Positions 50,684-62,197 of a stretch of 64,000 nt of DNA are shown here, piece after piece (within the stretch, counting starts at the first letter, position 1; each line of letters begins with the position of its first letter). The notes beneath the pieces are model-generated. The model was not told the origin of the DNA and ran no database searches. It was given only the letters and a program-made list of their open reading frames with translations. Position numbers and translations under genes: made by a program. This stretch comes from Nitrosopumilus sp. (GTDB taxonomy: Archaea > Thermoproteota > Nitrososphaeria > Nitrososphaerales > Nitrosopumilaceae): assembly GCA_965203315.1 (NCBI GenBank), contig CBDBCE010000004.1:128001-192000 (forward strand), written 5' to 3'.

Positions 50684-51619
50684 TTATTCCATCTGATATA
50701 GATCTATGTTCAAATTAATACTACATTCTGGCATGGATTCCTCGACGCATTTTTCTTGAGGAATGATATTTAGTGGATCATATCTGTCAAACTTTGTCAT
50801 TTCTGACGTCGTAGACAACATCACTACATTGGATTCATCGCTAGTTACGTCTATCTGCGCTACGGTGTTGCCAACTATTCCTTGTGTCATCTCTGACACC
50901 ATGTCTATCGTGCCTACTGGGATGTTACCTGTCATATACAGTATGGATTGTTTTACTGTTTTTGGTGACGTATTTGCATAAAGCATCTTGAGTGAATCAC
51001 GAAGTGATTCTTCGATCTGTTGTCCACCTTTACTCGTAGTGACAATTCCCATACTCTCATGAATATCTGATAGTGCTAGTGACTTTACAACATGTTTGAT
51101 TGCAGCATTACCGATTTTATAGCACTCGTTTGGAGTTAGACTAGGATTACATTCTAGTAAGGAGTCATTATCTAACAATATTGTAAACATCGAGTTATTA
51201 CGAACGTGTTTTAGTGCAAGACCTGAACTAAATATTCTATTCTTCTCATATCTAAAAGGCATGACTACGAACGAGATTAGAGAAGTACTTGTCTCTTTAC
51301 AGATTGCAGATACAATTGGTGCGATCGCAGCACCTGCTCTACCCGCAAGATTTCCCATCATTATTACTGTGCCATAATGTGAAATCTTGGTACGAATTAC
51401 ATTGCTATTATCATATGCCACACCACGAATCATTGAGATCGAGGGATTTATGACTCCTTTAGTAGATACATGGATAGACGAGTCTGTAACTAGATCTCTG
51501 TCATCATTGCTTATCAGTAGGCAATCTGTATTCAAAACATCTTTTGTCTCGAGTGCCAATCTTGATCCTACGCCACCTAATCCAACTATCAAGACTGGTT
51601 CTTTGATTTGAATACTCAT
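50684..51619 (-). CDS. Divergent FtsZ/tubulin-family protein
   Basis: VGLGGVG, NLAGRAGAAIAP, MPFRYE, LDND. Confidence 0.82.
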   Translation of the reverse strand: MSIQIKEPVLIVGLGGVGSRLALETKDVLNTDCLLISNDDRDLVTDSSIHVSTKGVINPSISMIRGVAYDNSNVIRTKISHYGTVIMMGNLAGRAGAAIAPIVSAICKETSTSLISFVVMPFRYEKNRIFSSGLALKHVRNNSMFTILLDNDSLLECNPSLTPNECYKIGNAAIKHVVKSLALSDIHESMGIVTTSKGGQQIEESLRDSLKMLYANTSPKTVKQSILYMTGNIPVGTIDMVSEMTQGIVGNTVAQIDVTSDESNVVMLSTTSEMTKFDRYDPLNIIPQEKCVEESMPECSINLNIDLYQME

Positions 51620-51691
51620 TTCAATTTCTTATTATGATGTAGATAAAAAACCTTCCTACGTTCATTTAATCCTCCTTTAGATCTAAAAAAT

Positions 51692-52960
51692 TTAACTTGT
51701 TATTTCGCCGATCAGTCCATTGACAGTCGCATCTGTGATCTTAATGTTACGAGATTCACCTATCTCTGTGCCCTCTCTCACGAATATGGGCTTGTACGCA
51801 TAGTTCCGTCCCTTGATTCCCTGTTCTGCATGTTCATCAAAGATGACTTTGCCTGTCCACCCAATCCATCTCTTGTTACTTGCAAGACTGATCTCAGTAA
51901 TCTTGTCATATAGTATCTTACTTCTACGTTTGACCTCTCTCGTATCTAATTGCGACCATGTCGCTGCTTCTGTACCTGGTCTAGCACTGTATCTTGAAAG
52001 GTTGACTACATCCGGTCTAGTCTCATCTAATAGGTGGAGCGTTGCCTCAAAGTCATCAATCGTCTCTGATGGAAATCCAACTATGATATCGGTAGAGATG
52101 GTAAACTGTTCAAATCTAGATCGAATATCTCGTACAACTTTACGATATGTCTCTGCTGTATGTCCACGTTTCATATCGTGCAAGACTCTATCACTACCAC
52201 TCTGAACTGGTATGTGTAGAAACTTGAATACTTTATTATTCGTAAACGAGTCCAATAGTCGTCCCTTGATTCGTGGCATATACATTGGATTCATCATTCC
52301 GATGCGGAGCACAAAATCTCTAGGTATTGATACAACATCATTTATGAGCGATGGTAGATCAGTGCCAATATCAAATCCATAACAACCATTATCTGTAGAT
52401 GAGAGCCAGATCTCTCGACAACCTTGTTTCAACTCTTCTTGTACTTGTCTTACAATATCACCTTGTCGATAGCTGACAAGATCTCCCTTTGCAATCTTTG
52501 TTTGACAGAATGTACACTCGCTCATACACCCACTTGCAATCTCTATTATTCCAATTGCTGGATTGAGTCTGATCTTTGGTAGACCGATTTTAGTTACATC
52601 CGAATCTGCAAGCAATATCTCTCTACGACCATCTAGAGTTGAGTTGATCACTTGGAGCGTCTTTCCAAGAGAGCTTGGACCCAACATGCTTGCGTCTTTA
52701 GTGAACTTTTCCACGGTATCTTGCTCTGCTTTTGGTAGGCATCCTGCAACAACCAGTGGCTTTGATCCGAGAGATTTGATTCGGTGGATCATTTTGTTTG
52801 CTGTCGCATCTTTGACAGAGCACGTCACGATGATATTCAGATCAGACTCTGAATCGTTATCGACTAGAGTGTGTCCACCATTCTGTGCAAGTCCAGATAT
52901 CATCTCCGAGTCTGCAAAACTTGCCGCGCAGCCATATGCTTCGACAAAGATCTTGGCCAT
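51692..52960 (-). CDS. tRNA methylthiotransferase (MiaB/MtaB family, radical SAM)
   Basis: YGCAAS, TCSV, AGCL, CMSECTFC, HIPVQSGSD, DIIVGFP, TRAM tail. Confidence 0.92.
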   Translation of the reverse strand: MAKIFVEAYGCAASFADSEMISGLAQNGGHTLVDNDSESDLNIIVTCSVKDATANKMIHRIKSLGSKPLVVAGCLPKAEQDTVEKFTKDASMLGPSSLGKTLQVINSTLDGRREILLADSDVTKIGLPKIRLNPAIGIIEIASGCMSECTFCQTKIAKGDLVSYRQGDIVRQVQEELKQGCREIWLSSTDNGCYGFDIGTDLPSLINDVVSIPRDFVLRIGMMNPMYMPRIKGRLLDSFTNNKVFKFLHIPVQSGSDRVLHDMKRGHTAETYRKVVRDIRSRFEQFTISTDIIVGFPSETIDDFEATLHLLDETRPDVVNLSRYSARPGTEAATWSQLDTREVKRRSKILYDKITEISLASNKRWIGWTGKVIFDEHAEQGIKGRNYAYKPIFVREGTEIGESRNIKITDATVNGLIGEITS

Positions 52961-52962
52961 AT

Positions 52963-54324
52963 CTATCTGAACAATGAGTCGATCTCTCTGTTGGTCATTA
53001 TGCCACTCGATGTCACGATCTCTCTGATAGTCTTACCTGTCTTTAATGACTCTTTGAAAAGTTCCGCTGATTTTAGATATCCTATCTTGGGTGTCAAGAG
53101 TGTGACTATCACGGGACTATTCTCGATATCTGCTTTTAGTTTGGATTCGTTCGCGTCTAGACCGTCAATAAGATTTTTAGTAAATATGGGCAAAAAGTTT
53201 GTGAGCATGTCTGTGGATTCTAGGACACATTTGAGCATTCCAGGCAACATTACGTTTAGCTCAAATTGACCACTCTGAGCAGCAAAAGATACTGAAGTAT
53301 CGTTACCGATTATGTTGAAACATATCATGTTCATACATTCAGCTAAAGATGGATTTACTTTACCTGGCATTATCGACGACCCTGCATGGACTGCAGGTAT
53401 CTCTAACTCTGCCAATCCTGCAATTGGACCTGATGCCATCAGTCTAATATCATTTGCGATCTTGCCAAGTTCTAGTGCAAGGTTTCGAAGTGCACTTGAT
53501 GTCTTTGTTATTGCATATCTACTTTGTAGTCCATGCTGCATGTCGGACTCTGGACGTAGTGAGAGTTTTGAGATCTTTGCAAGTTCTGTTATGACAATCT
53601 TGCGATATCCTTTTGGTGTGTTGGCTCCTGTGCCTACAGCTGTTCCTCCCAACGATACATAGTTTAACATCTGTTGAGCTGAGGTGATGTCGTCACGTGC
53701 TTTGGTCATAGATGTGGCAAATGCGTGGAATTCACTACCAAGTGTTACTGGAAGTGCATCCATCAAATGAGTACGACCGATCTTTTTGAACTCTGCAAAT
53801 TGTTTTGATTTCTTTACCAGCGATTGTATCAACTCGTTGATGATGGGAATCATCACATTCAAACTCAAGAGAATAGCAACATGCATTGCGGTAGGATAGG
53901 TATCGTTGCTTGACTGGGACATGTTTACATGATCATTTGGATGAAGAAATTGATACTGACCCTTCTTTTTGTGCATTATTTCTAGAGCCAGATTTGCGAC
54001 AACTTCATTGGCATTCATATTAAACGCAGTACCTGCTCCCGAGTTTATCATGTCTACCACAAACTGATCAACATGTTTACCATCTAGAATCATATCGCAT
54101 GCAGCGATGATTGCGCCCCCTTGTTCTGAGTCGATCGTTTTGGTCTTCATGTTGGCAACTGCAGCAGAACGCTTTATCATCACAAAAGACTTTATCAGAT
54201 TTGGATGTGCCATACGACCTGTTACACAATACTGTTTGATCGCTCTACCTGTGAAAGCTCCATAGTATGCATTATGTGGTATCTCTACTACACCAAGCGA
54301 GTCTTCGTCTCTACGAAATCTCAT
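52963..54324 (-). CDS. Class II fumarase/aspartate ammonia-lyase
   Basis: HPNDHVNMSQSSND, GRTHLMDA, GSSIMPGKVNP. Confidence 0.9.
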   Translation of the reverse strand: MRFRRDEDSLGVVEIPHNAYYGAFTGRAIKQYCVTGRMAHPNLIKSFVMIKRSAAVANMKTKTIDSEQGGAIIAACDMILDGKHVDQFVVDMINSGAGTAFNMNANEVVANLALEIMHKKKGQYQFLHPNDHVNMSQSSNDTYPTAMHVAILLSLNVMIPIINELIQSLVKKSKQFAEFKKIGRTHLMDALPVTLGSEFHAFATSMTKARDDITSAQQMLNYVSLGGTAVGTGANTPKGYRKIVITELAKISKLSLRPESDMQHGLQSRYAITKTSSALRNLALELGKIANDIRLMASGPIAGLAELEIPAVHAGSSIMPGKVNPSLAECMNMICFNIIGNDTSVSFAAQSGQFELNVMLPGMLKCVLESTDMLTNFLPIFTKNLIDGLDANESKLKADIENSPVIVTLLTPKIGYLKSAELFKESLKTGKTIREIVTSSGIMTNREIDSLFR

Positions 54325-54499
54325 ATAGCATTGAGAAAACTCTTTCCTTTTATTCATTCTTTTTCAACCCTTTTGTACACTTGTTTCTATATCTTGTTGC
54401 TTTGAGATTCGGAGAAAAGTAATTGATACTGCTCTCTAACTATTCATGTCAAAAATAAATCCTCTATAGATCAATTATTATATATATGAGTCAATACTT

Positions 54500-55930
54500 G
54501 TGTCGTTAATGAATAAGCGTGTTAGTATGCTTCTTACAATTGCAGCTGTAACTGTAATGGGAGCAACCTTATTCGGAAGCACATACACACAAACACAACT
54601 AAGCACTCAGACATTTGACATCAATAAATTGGATGCAGAGATCGCTGATCAGATTCATCAGATGGGTGGTCTAAAACTTGTAATGCCTGAAGCCTTTGCG
54701 GAAACAGATTGTGGAGCACTAGAGTCATCCGGTAGAACCGTACATGACTTTCAGTTAACTGGTGAGACCGTTGAACTTCCAATAATGGGAGGCAAGACGT
54801 ACAATGCTATGACCTTTAGTGGTCAGGTCCCAGGACCAACCATTAGAGTAACACAAGGTGACGTCATAAAGATGACTCTGACAATTCCAGAGACTGAACT
54901 TACGGCACACGGAAATGACATGCATGCATCACAAATGTCATCTGCAAACTTTGGTGCAGTATTTCCAGGTGAATCAGCTATGTACTGTTACATTGCAGAG
55001 TCTGCTGGAACATTCAAGTATCATTGTTCTGGCATTGACCTTGCAGCAATGGACCAACATGTCTTATCTGGGATGCATGGAATGGCTATAGTCGATCCAC
55101 TCGGTGGTTACAAGAAACTGATGGTTGAAAAGACCGCTATGCGTGATGGCAATGTCGTCTTGGATCGAAAGTTTTACGATCCTGATGCACTAGAGTTCCA
55201 ACTCCAGTACAGTCAACTATACCTAGACGATAACGGTAACTATAACGCAGTCAAAATGGCTATGCATCACAACGAACAAACTACTGTCAATGGAATGGCG
55301 TTCAGCTATGTACCAAACATGGCACACAACCTCCTCATCAACGGTGACGCAAACAAGAATATCTTTGTTGCACAACCATGGAATGGACTCGAACTGAAAC
55401 AGTACCAATCACAACTCTTGTTTGTTGAGAACGATCAACATGTGAGACTCTTTATTGAGAATCAAGCCAACGAACCAGTATACTTCCACATTGTAGGTGA
55501 GATACTAGATAGAGTTGTACAAGGCAATAGAATTCAATCTGCCGCAACCGAGACATGGATGCTTGGTGGTTCGCAAGGAATGATAGTCGATCTTGTGTTT
55601 GATGAGCCCGGAACATATGCCGCAGTCAATCACGACTATGCAGCAATATACAGTGGGGCCGCTACCGTATTTGTAGCAGGTGATCCATTCAACCTGAATC
55701 CCACTTTAGTGGATCTAGGAATCATTGAATCTCCAGTAGCATCATATGCATATGTACTAGGAAATCCAAGTGACGCAGTTCCACCTATGGGTATGAACAG
55801 TATCAAACATCCTGCAATCAACATACATGGATTGTATACTGATGAAGTAGTTTCCGAAATGCAAGCAAGTGGAGATTATGTTGCACTATGGGAAGTAATT
55901 CCTGGTGTTGCTGAAATGCTCACTTCTTGA
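54500..55930 (+). CDS. nirK: Archaeal copper-containing nitrite reductase
   Basis: Signal peptide, HGNDMH, KYHC...HVLSGM, YFHIVGE, VNHD. Confidence 0.92.
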   Translation: MSLMNKRVSMLLTIAAVTVMGATLFGSTYTQTQLSTQTFDINKLDAEIADQIHQMGGLKLVMPEAFAETDCGALESSGRTVHDFQLTGETVELPIMGGKTYNAMTFSGQVPGPTIRVTQGDVIKMTLTIPETELTAHGNDMHASQMSSANFGAVFPGESAMYCYIAESAGTFKYHCSGIDLAAMDQHVLSGMHGMAIVDPLGGYKKLMVEKTAMRDGNVVLDRKFYDPDALEFQLQYSQLYLDDNGNYNAVKMAMHHNEQTTVNGMAFSYVPNMAHNLLINGDANKNIFVAQPWNGLELKQYQSQLLFVENDQHVRLFIENQANEPVYFHIVGEILDRVVQGNRIQSAATETWMLGGSQGMIVDLVFDEPGTYAAVNHDYAAIYSGAATVFVAGDPFNLNPTLVDLGIIESPVASYAYVLGNPSDAVPPMGMNSIKHPAINIHGLYTDEVVSEMQASGDYVALWEVIPGVAEMLTS

Positions 55931-55931
55931 G

Positions 55932-55954
55932 TTTCCTCTCTTCTTTTTATTTTT
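55932..55954 (+). terminator. Pyrimidine/T-rich terminator of nirK
   Basis: TTTCCTCTCTTCTTTTTATTTTT right after stop. Confidence 0.55.
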
Positions 55955-55984
55955 GATGCGATCTAGATTGTTATGTGTGTAGAG

Positions 55985-57127
55985 TCAAGCGTGCTCTACT
56001 CTAATGTGAATCTTTTCACCCCTCACCAAGTCTTGGTATATGGTCTTTGTCTTGTAACCGTGTTGATAGAGATATCCATTCAATATCGATATCCACGGCA
56101 TCGAGTGTCTGCTATTGAGCCTTGACTCTGCTGTAATGTTATTCTTTGACTCGAGATGAATATGACCAGAACATGTGATTTGAAGTAATGCATCGACAAT
56201 ATCAAATATCTCGTCTAGCGTTCTAGAACTCAGTGTTATTCCATTTGCTGCAAGTAGATCAATCATATTTGTCTCGCTCTTTGTCGTATCCAACATAAAT
56301 GGCAGACCTGACTCTGTTACAATCTTGATTATCTTGCAGATCTCTTGAACATCACTCTCCGTCATATCGACTAACGCTCTGGTCTCTATCGCACTCTCCC
56401 AGATACTCGTAAACATGTGGGATTGTGTCGTTCCCAAGATATCTGTTGATGGAAATATTGCCCCTTTACCATCATCACTGTTTATTAGTAAAACCTCTGT
56501 CTCATCAAAGATAAAGCAGTTTTGTACAATATCTGAACCACGCACATCGACAGCACTTGGAATCTTCTTAAATGCTTCAGAACCAATCGATGATGAAGGA
56601 ATAATTACTTTTATGTCGAGATCTCTACGTAGGGTTGCTAGTATGGTTGTTCTACACTCTGCGATCAGTCCAAGACCAAACTGATCTACAATTATCTTGA
56701 TCGATCTCTTTGTGCCTTCGATCATTGTTTGGAGTTGAACTAGTATGTTGTTGGCTGATATGTGAAAATACCTCTTCTCCTCGGAGCCTTTAGATCTCCT
56801 ACTCTTTTCACTCGCTTTCTTTAGATCAGAAACAAGAGAGTTCATTGCGTTTACTTTGTTGATCTGCTCATGAATGGTTTTATCAAATGCATTTTCTGGA
56901 GCAACTGCTGTACACATGATCGGTTTACTTTGCGAGATTACGATTAGATTCTTTGCTACTAGCTTTTTTATTGTCGAGTATGCCTTTGGTCTAGGTATAT
57001 TCGAATAGTATGCAAGCTCACTTGCAGAGATTGTGCCATTTGTGACCAACGATACATATGCCTGTGCCTCATATTTGCCAAGCCCAAACTCCTCCAAGCT
57101 GACTGCTAGTGCATTCTCATCTGCCAT
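55985..57127 (-). CDS. TrmB-family transcriptional regulator
   Basis: LEEFGLGKYEAQAYVSL..ASELA..IPRPKAYS. Confidence 0.88.
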   Translation of the reverse strand: MADENALAVSLEEFGLGKYEAQAYVSLVTNGTISASELAYYSNIPRPKAYSTIKKLVAKNLIVISQSKPIMCTAVAPENAFDKTIHEQINKVNAMNSLVSDLKKASEKSRRSKGSEEKRYFHISANNILVQLQTMIEGTKRSIKIIVDQFGLGLIAECRTTILATLRRDLDIKVIIPSSSIGSEAFKKIPSAVDVRGSDIVQNCFIFDETEVLLINSDDGKGAIFPSTDILGTTQSHMFTSIWESAIETRALVDMTESDVQEICKIIKIVTESGLPFMLDTTKSETNMIDLLAANGITLSSRTLDEIFDIVDALLQITCSGHIHLESKNNITAESRLNSRHSMPWISILNGYLYQHGYKTKTIYQDLVRGEKIHIRVEHA

Positions 57128-57256
57128 ATAATGACATTTGACATGGTTCTAAGTAATACGGATAGCCAAATTCCTTTACACATTTGCTTAAAAAAAATTC
57201 AAAAACTACAACACAGTCGTGCTTAAAGTTCTAGTAGCCTTGTTACCAGAGTAGCC

Positions 57257-57490
57257 CTAATCGCCCTTTCTGATCAGTGTGGACGTTGAACGCACGTTCT
57301 TTAGTTTCTGGATATTCCATGAGACGATCTCACGTATCTTTTCAAAGTTTTCAGCTTGAAGTTTGACTAGCATATCATGTGTTCCAATAGTCTCAAAGAC
57401 ATCGACCACATTCTCCATATCTTGAAGTTGGGTGATTATCTCTTCTTCGGCACCTAACTCACAATTCAACATGACATATGCATCAGTCAT
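57257..57490 (-). CDS. Lrp/AsnC ligand-binding-domain protein
   Basis: AYVMLNCELG..GTHDMLVKL..NVRSTSTL. Confidence 0.88.
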   Translation of the reverse strand: MTDAYVMLNCELGAEEEIITQLQDMENVVDVFETIGTHDMLVKLQAENFEKIREIVSWNIQKLKNVRSTSTLIRKGD

Positions 57491-57763
57491 GTTAGAGTTG
57501 TACGTAAATGATTATTTAAATATGGATAAATTTAGGTATAGCTCACTACGATTCAACATGATATGTACTCGCATTCTCATCTCTAGTTTATAGATCTGAT
57601 AACTTTGAGTGAATGGCGAGGAATCTAGTTTGTCAAGACAGCATGACACTCGTTTATGTCATCTCACAAACAGTCTCTCGATCAACGTAATCTGAATTTG
57701 AACGTACTAGAGTTATTGATTGTGTATTGTGAGTTGGTATGAGATATTACCATTCACTGTATG

Positions 57764-58168
57764 TCATCCACGTCCTGTAAGATAATAAACGACAGTCGAT
57801 ACGACTAGTACCCCAAAGATCAGTTGTAAAGCTAGAATGAATACATCTGGAATACCTAACAAAGTTAGAAACGAGAAAAAGTACGTTCCGCTTAACAACG
57901 ATAAGAGTTTCAAGACTGCATCATAGCTTGTCTGTGTAAAACCACTGATTTGTTCTAGTATGTTGCCATCATTATTGTCAAATGTAATGTTGCCTGCATT
58001 ACGAAAGTCGTCTGCATTCTCGGCAATAAACTCGCTTGGGGAAAAAGTCTCTCCTTGCAGTCCTGTAGGAACCATTCCTATTGGAGCCAAAACTAGTACC
58101 TCCGCTAAAAAGAAGCCTAGACTACACAGATACATGAATGAGACAAAAGTGATAGCAACAGGTCTCAT
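57764..58168 (-). CDS. Orphan membrane protein
   Basis: Hydrophobic N-terminus, polar loop, two C-terminal TMs ending GRG; TATA-like box upstream. Confidence 0.6.
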   Translation of the reverse strand: MRPVAITFVSFMYLCSLGFFLAEVLVLAPIGMVPTGLQGETFSPSEFIAENADDFRNAGNITFDNNDGNILEQISGFTQTSYDAVLKLLSLLSGTYFFSFLTLLGIPDVFILALQLIFGVLVVSTVVYYLTGRG

Positions 58169-58404
58169 CTCTGTTATTGTATGTACTATTATATAATATT
58201 CCTTGTATGCATTTAGACAAATCACAAATACTGCAAGTCTGTACTCGTAAAATCATCTCAGACAATCAGGCATGAATAACTCATCATGACACAACCAATA
58301 AAATTTAGAACATAATAAACTAGATGCTAGTTATCTCTACTCGTCATACGTTGAACGGTGAATCCTGTCTGTCTCTACAGTATAATCGTTTAATTGTTTA
58401 TGAC

Positions 58405-59040
58405 TTACCAGACTACATGTACTAGATCCTTTAGGTTACGTCTTGGTTTGGGAAATTTTGTTTGCTCTGGATATCCTATACATAGAACCGATGAAGGAAT
58501 GAGTTCCGTGTTTAACACATCCATGACTTTACGTTCATCAAACATGCCTATCCATATGGAGCTGAGACCTAATGCTTGAGCTGCTAATTGAGAATAGCCG
58601 GCAGCTAGCGTTGCATCCTGAATTGCAAATTTAGCTAGTATGTATTTATCAAAATCAAACTTTACTCGTGAAGGGTTTTTACAAAATACAAACACCACTG
58701 GCGCATTGACGTACGGTTGATTGTTACATGCAGCTACAAGCTGTTTCTTTTTTTCTACATCTTTTACATAAAATATCTCAAAACCTTGAAAATTACCTGC
58801 TGTTGGGGCTGTATCTGCTGCTGCAATTATTTTATCGATCTTTGCTGTTTCTACTGGTTTGGTAGAAAACTTTCTTGTTGATCTGCGCTTTGCCATGACT
58901 GCAAAGAGATCTGTATCGACCGTCTCGGTTGGCGCAGATTTTAATATAAAGTTCAATAACTGATTACGAATATCTGGATCTTCAGACTTTGGTACAGTCG
59001 TTGGTGTATATCCGAGCGGATATATCTTTTCTTCAACCAT
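58405..59040 (-). CDS. Nitroreductase-family protein
   Basis: KRRSTRKF, APTAGNFQ, LGLSSIWIG, IGYP. Confidence 0.9.
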   Translation of the reverse strand: MVEEKIYPLGYTPTTVPKSEDPDIRNQLLNFILKSAPTETVDTDLFAVMAKRRSTRKFSTKPVETAKIDKIIAAADTAPTAGNFQGFEIFYVKDVEKKKQLVAACNNQPYVNAPVVFVFCKNPSRVKFDFDKYILAKFAIQDATLAAGYSQLAAQALGLSSIWIGMFDERKVMDVLNTELIPSSVLCIGYPEQTKFPKPRRNLKDLVHVVW

Positions 59041-59117
59041 GATAGTAATTCACACACATAGTATAATAGATTTGTCCAATTTCACCGTTCATTTTTGATA
59101 TTTCTGCTATGAATGGT

Positions 59118-59303
59118 TTACTCGGCGATAAAAGAGTCACAACCAGACATGCATGGTTTATTCATCACACCCTCACAAACTCCTTTAGCATCATGCATTA
59201 TGCGATGATGTCCACAAGTCTTACATTTTATCCTAAAATGTGCAATGATATCCGATAATGCAATATCTGCAAATCGAAGTTTGGATTCAATATCTTGAGT
59301 CAT
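59118..59303 (-). CDS. Small Cys/His-rich protein
   Basis: CKTCGHHRIMH...C...CMSGC. Confidence 0.65.
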   Translation of the reverse strand: MTQDIESKLRFADIALSDIIAHFRIKCKTCGHHRIMHDAKGVCEGVMNKPCMSGCDSFIAE

Positions 59304-59663
59304 ATGTGATGTAATGACTGACGTATTTTTAAGCGTTAGATGCGATTCTTTTAACTAGGGCTGAGGCTCTACAACACATCTACAAAACACGTATTCGCAA
59401 ACCAAACGATCTAATGATCTACATGAGATTACATTATTTTCAGTTTATGAACAATTCACACGGATAAATTTTTTCAAGGATTTACAATGTTATCGATTCA
59501 CGCCAAGTTAAAAAATCAGTATGCCAATGGAGTGGCATTATGTACGCATAGAGGTTATTCTACACAACGACAAATTATTTGATAGATGAACAGTACGAGT
59601 TACCATAAATGCTAGTAATGTATTCTTGTTGTTCGTGTTAGATATATCTCTTGTATATTGCAA

Positions 59664-59746
59664 CGCCGGGAAAGGGATTCGAACCCCTGCACGCTTTCAC
59701 GTAGCCGTTTTCGAGACGGCCGCCTTAACCACTTGGCTACCCCGGC
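59664..59746 (-). tRNA. tRNA-Ser(CGA)
   Basis: GCCGGGG acceptor, GCCGT-CTCGAAA-ACGGC anticodon arm, long variable arm, GTTCGAATC. Confidence 0.9.
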
Positions 59747-59798
59747 ATCTTTGTCTATACAAATACAATATAATAACACAAAGATCAACTACAGATCA

Positions 59799-60818
59799 AT
59801 GGGATTAAATCTAAAAGATCTAGTGGTACGGGAAAAGACAACCCTAGATGCATTTACCAACAGAGTGGTAGCAATTGATGCATATAATGCGATATATCAG
59901 TTTTTGGCGAGTATCAGAGGTCCTGACGGTCTGTTACTATCTGACGAACAAGGACGGACTACTAGTCATCTGAGCGGTCTGTTGTATAGAAACGTCAACT
60001 TTCTCTCACTTGGAATCAAACCGGTGTATGTATTTGACGGAAAGCCTCCATCACTTAAAGCGGCAGAGATTGAACGCAGACGCAAGATCAAGAACGACGC
60101 TGCTATAAAATACGCAAAAGCCATATCTGAAGGAAACATGACTGACGCATTCAAATATGCACAACAGACTACAAAGATGCAAGATGGAATGATCGAAGAG
60201 TCAAAGACCATACTAAAATATTTTGGAATTCCGTACATCGATGCACCATCAGAAGGTGAAGCAACATCTGCACATTTAACAAAGATGGGGTTAGCGCATG
60301 CATCTGCAAGTCAAGACTTTGATTCTGTACTCTGTGGTGCGGTAAAGCTGGTACGAAACTTTACAAATAGTGGCAGACGCAAGATCCCAAATAGAAATTC
60401 ATACATTGATGTCACACCTGAGATCATTGAGACTCAAAAGGTACTTGACTCTCTACAACTCTCACGTGAAGAGTTGGTAGATGTTGGAATATTGATCGGA
60501 ACTGACTTTAATCCCAACGGATTTGATCGGATAGGCCCCAAAACTGCCCTCAAGCTAATCAGACAACATAAACGGCTAGAAGACATTCCACAAATTCAAG
60601 AACAACTATCAGATATCAAATATGATGAGATACGTAAGATATTCCTCGATCCAGATGTCGCAGATATAGGCGAGATTGTATTTGATGAGATAGATTATGA
60701 CTCTATCATGTCATATCTAATAGAGTATGGTTTCTCCAAAGATCGAGTCGAGATTACGTTAAGTCGGTTACAAAAAGCACAAGCTAGAAAGAGTCAAAAT
60801 CTTGATCAATGGCTCTGA
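59799..60818 (+). CDS. fen: Flap endonuclease 1
   Basis: [40 protein letters not shown]-terminal PIP box QNLDQWL. Confidence 0.96.
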   Translation: MGLNLKDLVVREKTTLDAFTNRVVAIDAYNAIYQFLASIRGPDGLLLSDEQGRTTSHLSGLLYRNVNFLSLGIKPVYVFDGKPPSLKAAEIERRRKIKNDAAIKYAKAISEGNMTDAFKYAQQTTKMQDGMIEESKTILKYFGIPYIDAPSEGEATSAHLTKMGLAHASASQDFDSVLCGAVKLVRNFTNSGRRKIPNRNSYIDVTPEIIETQKVLDSLQLSREELVDVGILIGTDFNPNGFDRIGPKTALKLIRQHKRLEDIPQIQEQLSDIKYDEIRKIFLDPDVADIGEIVFDEIDYDSIMSYLIEYGFSKDRVEITLSRLQKAQARKSQNLDQWL

Positions 60819-61060
60819 TCTGATTCACTAGTCCTGAGATACTCTTCGAATATATTATCCAACTCGTTGTCATCCTTGCATGTCTGTAACTGCGATACTA
60901 GTGACTGCTCTTCTATCTCGTAACAGTTCAGCATAGATTGTGCATCCTTGTATACTAGATATGCCTTGGACTTGAAGATACAATAATAGATCTGCTCTAT
61001 CTTTAAGAGTTCGGGCTGTATATGTACTCCATTATCATCAGCAGATACTGGATATACCAT
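60806..61060 (-). CDS. Conserved hypothetical protein
   Basis: 84-aa ORF between fen and dinB. Confidence 0.6.
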   Translation of the reverse strand: MVYPVSADDNGVHIQPELLKIEQIYYCIFKSKAYLVYKDAQSMLNCYEIEEQSLVSQLQTCKDDNELDNIFEEYLRTSESDQSH

Positions 61061-61108
61061 GACATCATCAAGTTTGCTTATTATTTAGAGTAAACCATCT
61101 ATAATACA

Positions 61109-62197
61109 ATGAATAGGATCATACTACACATTGACTTTGATTACTTTTACGCTCAGTGCGAAGAGATACGTGGACATGGTCTGAAAACCAAACCTGTATG
61201 CGTATGCGTCTTTTCTGATAGAGGTACAGATACCGGCGCAATTGCTACTGCAAATTATATAGCACGCAAGTTTGGAGTAAAGTCAGGCATATCAATATCT
61301 GCTGCAAAGAAGAGACTTGAAGGTCATGATGCAGTATTTCTTCCAGTTGATTTTGATTATTACGACAACATGTCGCAGAATGCTATGACTCTAATTCAAC
61401 AACACGCTGATATATTTGAGTATGTTGGAAGGGATGAAGCATATCTTGATGTTTCACAGAGTACCGAGTTTAGCTTTAAACGGGCTGCACATCTAGCACA
61501 ACAGATAAAAAATGAACTACGTACAAACATTGGACTATGCAGCTCAATTGGTATATCTCCAAACAAGTTGCTCTCAAAGATAGCATCCGACTATCAAAAA
61601 CCAGATGGTCTCACGATTGTTACACCGGCCATTGTTCGATCCTTTCTTGATCCTTTAACGATACGAAAGATTCCTGGTATCGGCAGAAAGACTGAAAGTC
61701 TGCTTGCTGGCATGAATTTGAAGACCATTAAAGATTTATCCAGAATTAGTGTATTTGAATTGTACAAGCAGCTTGGTCGCAAGACTGGCACGTACATATA
61801 CAATGCAGCAAAGGGTATTGACGATGAACCAGTTAAACCACGCGCCCCACGCATTCAATATAGTAAGATCACAACTCTGAAATCAGATACAGTCGACTAT
61901 GATACACTATGTGATGTTATGAGTGATATCTGCGATAAACTATATCAGATTATACTAGACAATAGCAAGGTCTTCAAAGCAATAGGAATCCATTTTATCC
62001 AATCAGATATGACATCTAGAACAAAATCCAAGACGCTAAAGAATCCTACTTGTAGCAAGAGTGAACTGAAACGAGCAGCTGATGATCTACTTAAAGCTGC
62101 ACTCGTAGATCAAAAGACTCCTATACGTAGGCTAGGAGTAAGGATATCTGATTTGAGTGATGCGGCAGGACAACAAGATATTACTAGATATTTTTAG
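61109..62197 (+). CDS. dinB: Y-family DNA polymerase IV
   Basis: HIDFDYFYAQCE, ANYIARKFGV, DEAYLD, SKIASD..KPDG, PIP-like QQDITRYF. Confidence 0.95.
   Translation: MNRIILHIDFDYFYAQCEEIRGHGLKTKPVCVCVFSDRGTDTGAIATANYIARKFGVKSGISISAAKKRLEGHDAVFLPVDFDYYDNMSQNAMTLIQQHADIFEYVGRDEAYLDVSQSTEFSFKRAAHLAQQIKNELRTNIGLCSSIGISPNKLLSKIASDYQKPDGLTIVTPAIVRSFLDPLTIRKIPGIGRKTESLLAGMNLKTIKDLSRISVFELYKQLGRKTGTYIYNAAKGIDDEPVKPRAPRIQYSKITTLKSDTVDYDTLCDVMSDICDKLYQIILDNSKVFKAIGIHFIQSDMTSRTKSKTLKNPTCSKSELKRAADDLLKAALVDQKTPIRRLGVRISDLSDAAGQQDITRYF

Noticed and set aside
35333-59746. Integrated provirus or island at either tRNA
   Set aside because: No duplicated tRNA 3' end and no tyrosine integrase seen
59658-59798. 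N-terminal extension of FEN1 in the ORF track
   Set aside because: Antisense to tRNA-Ser; the conserved start is MGLNL at 59799
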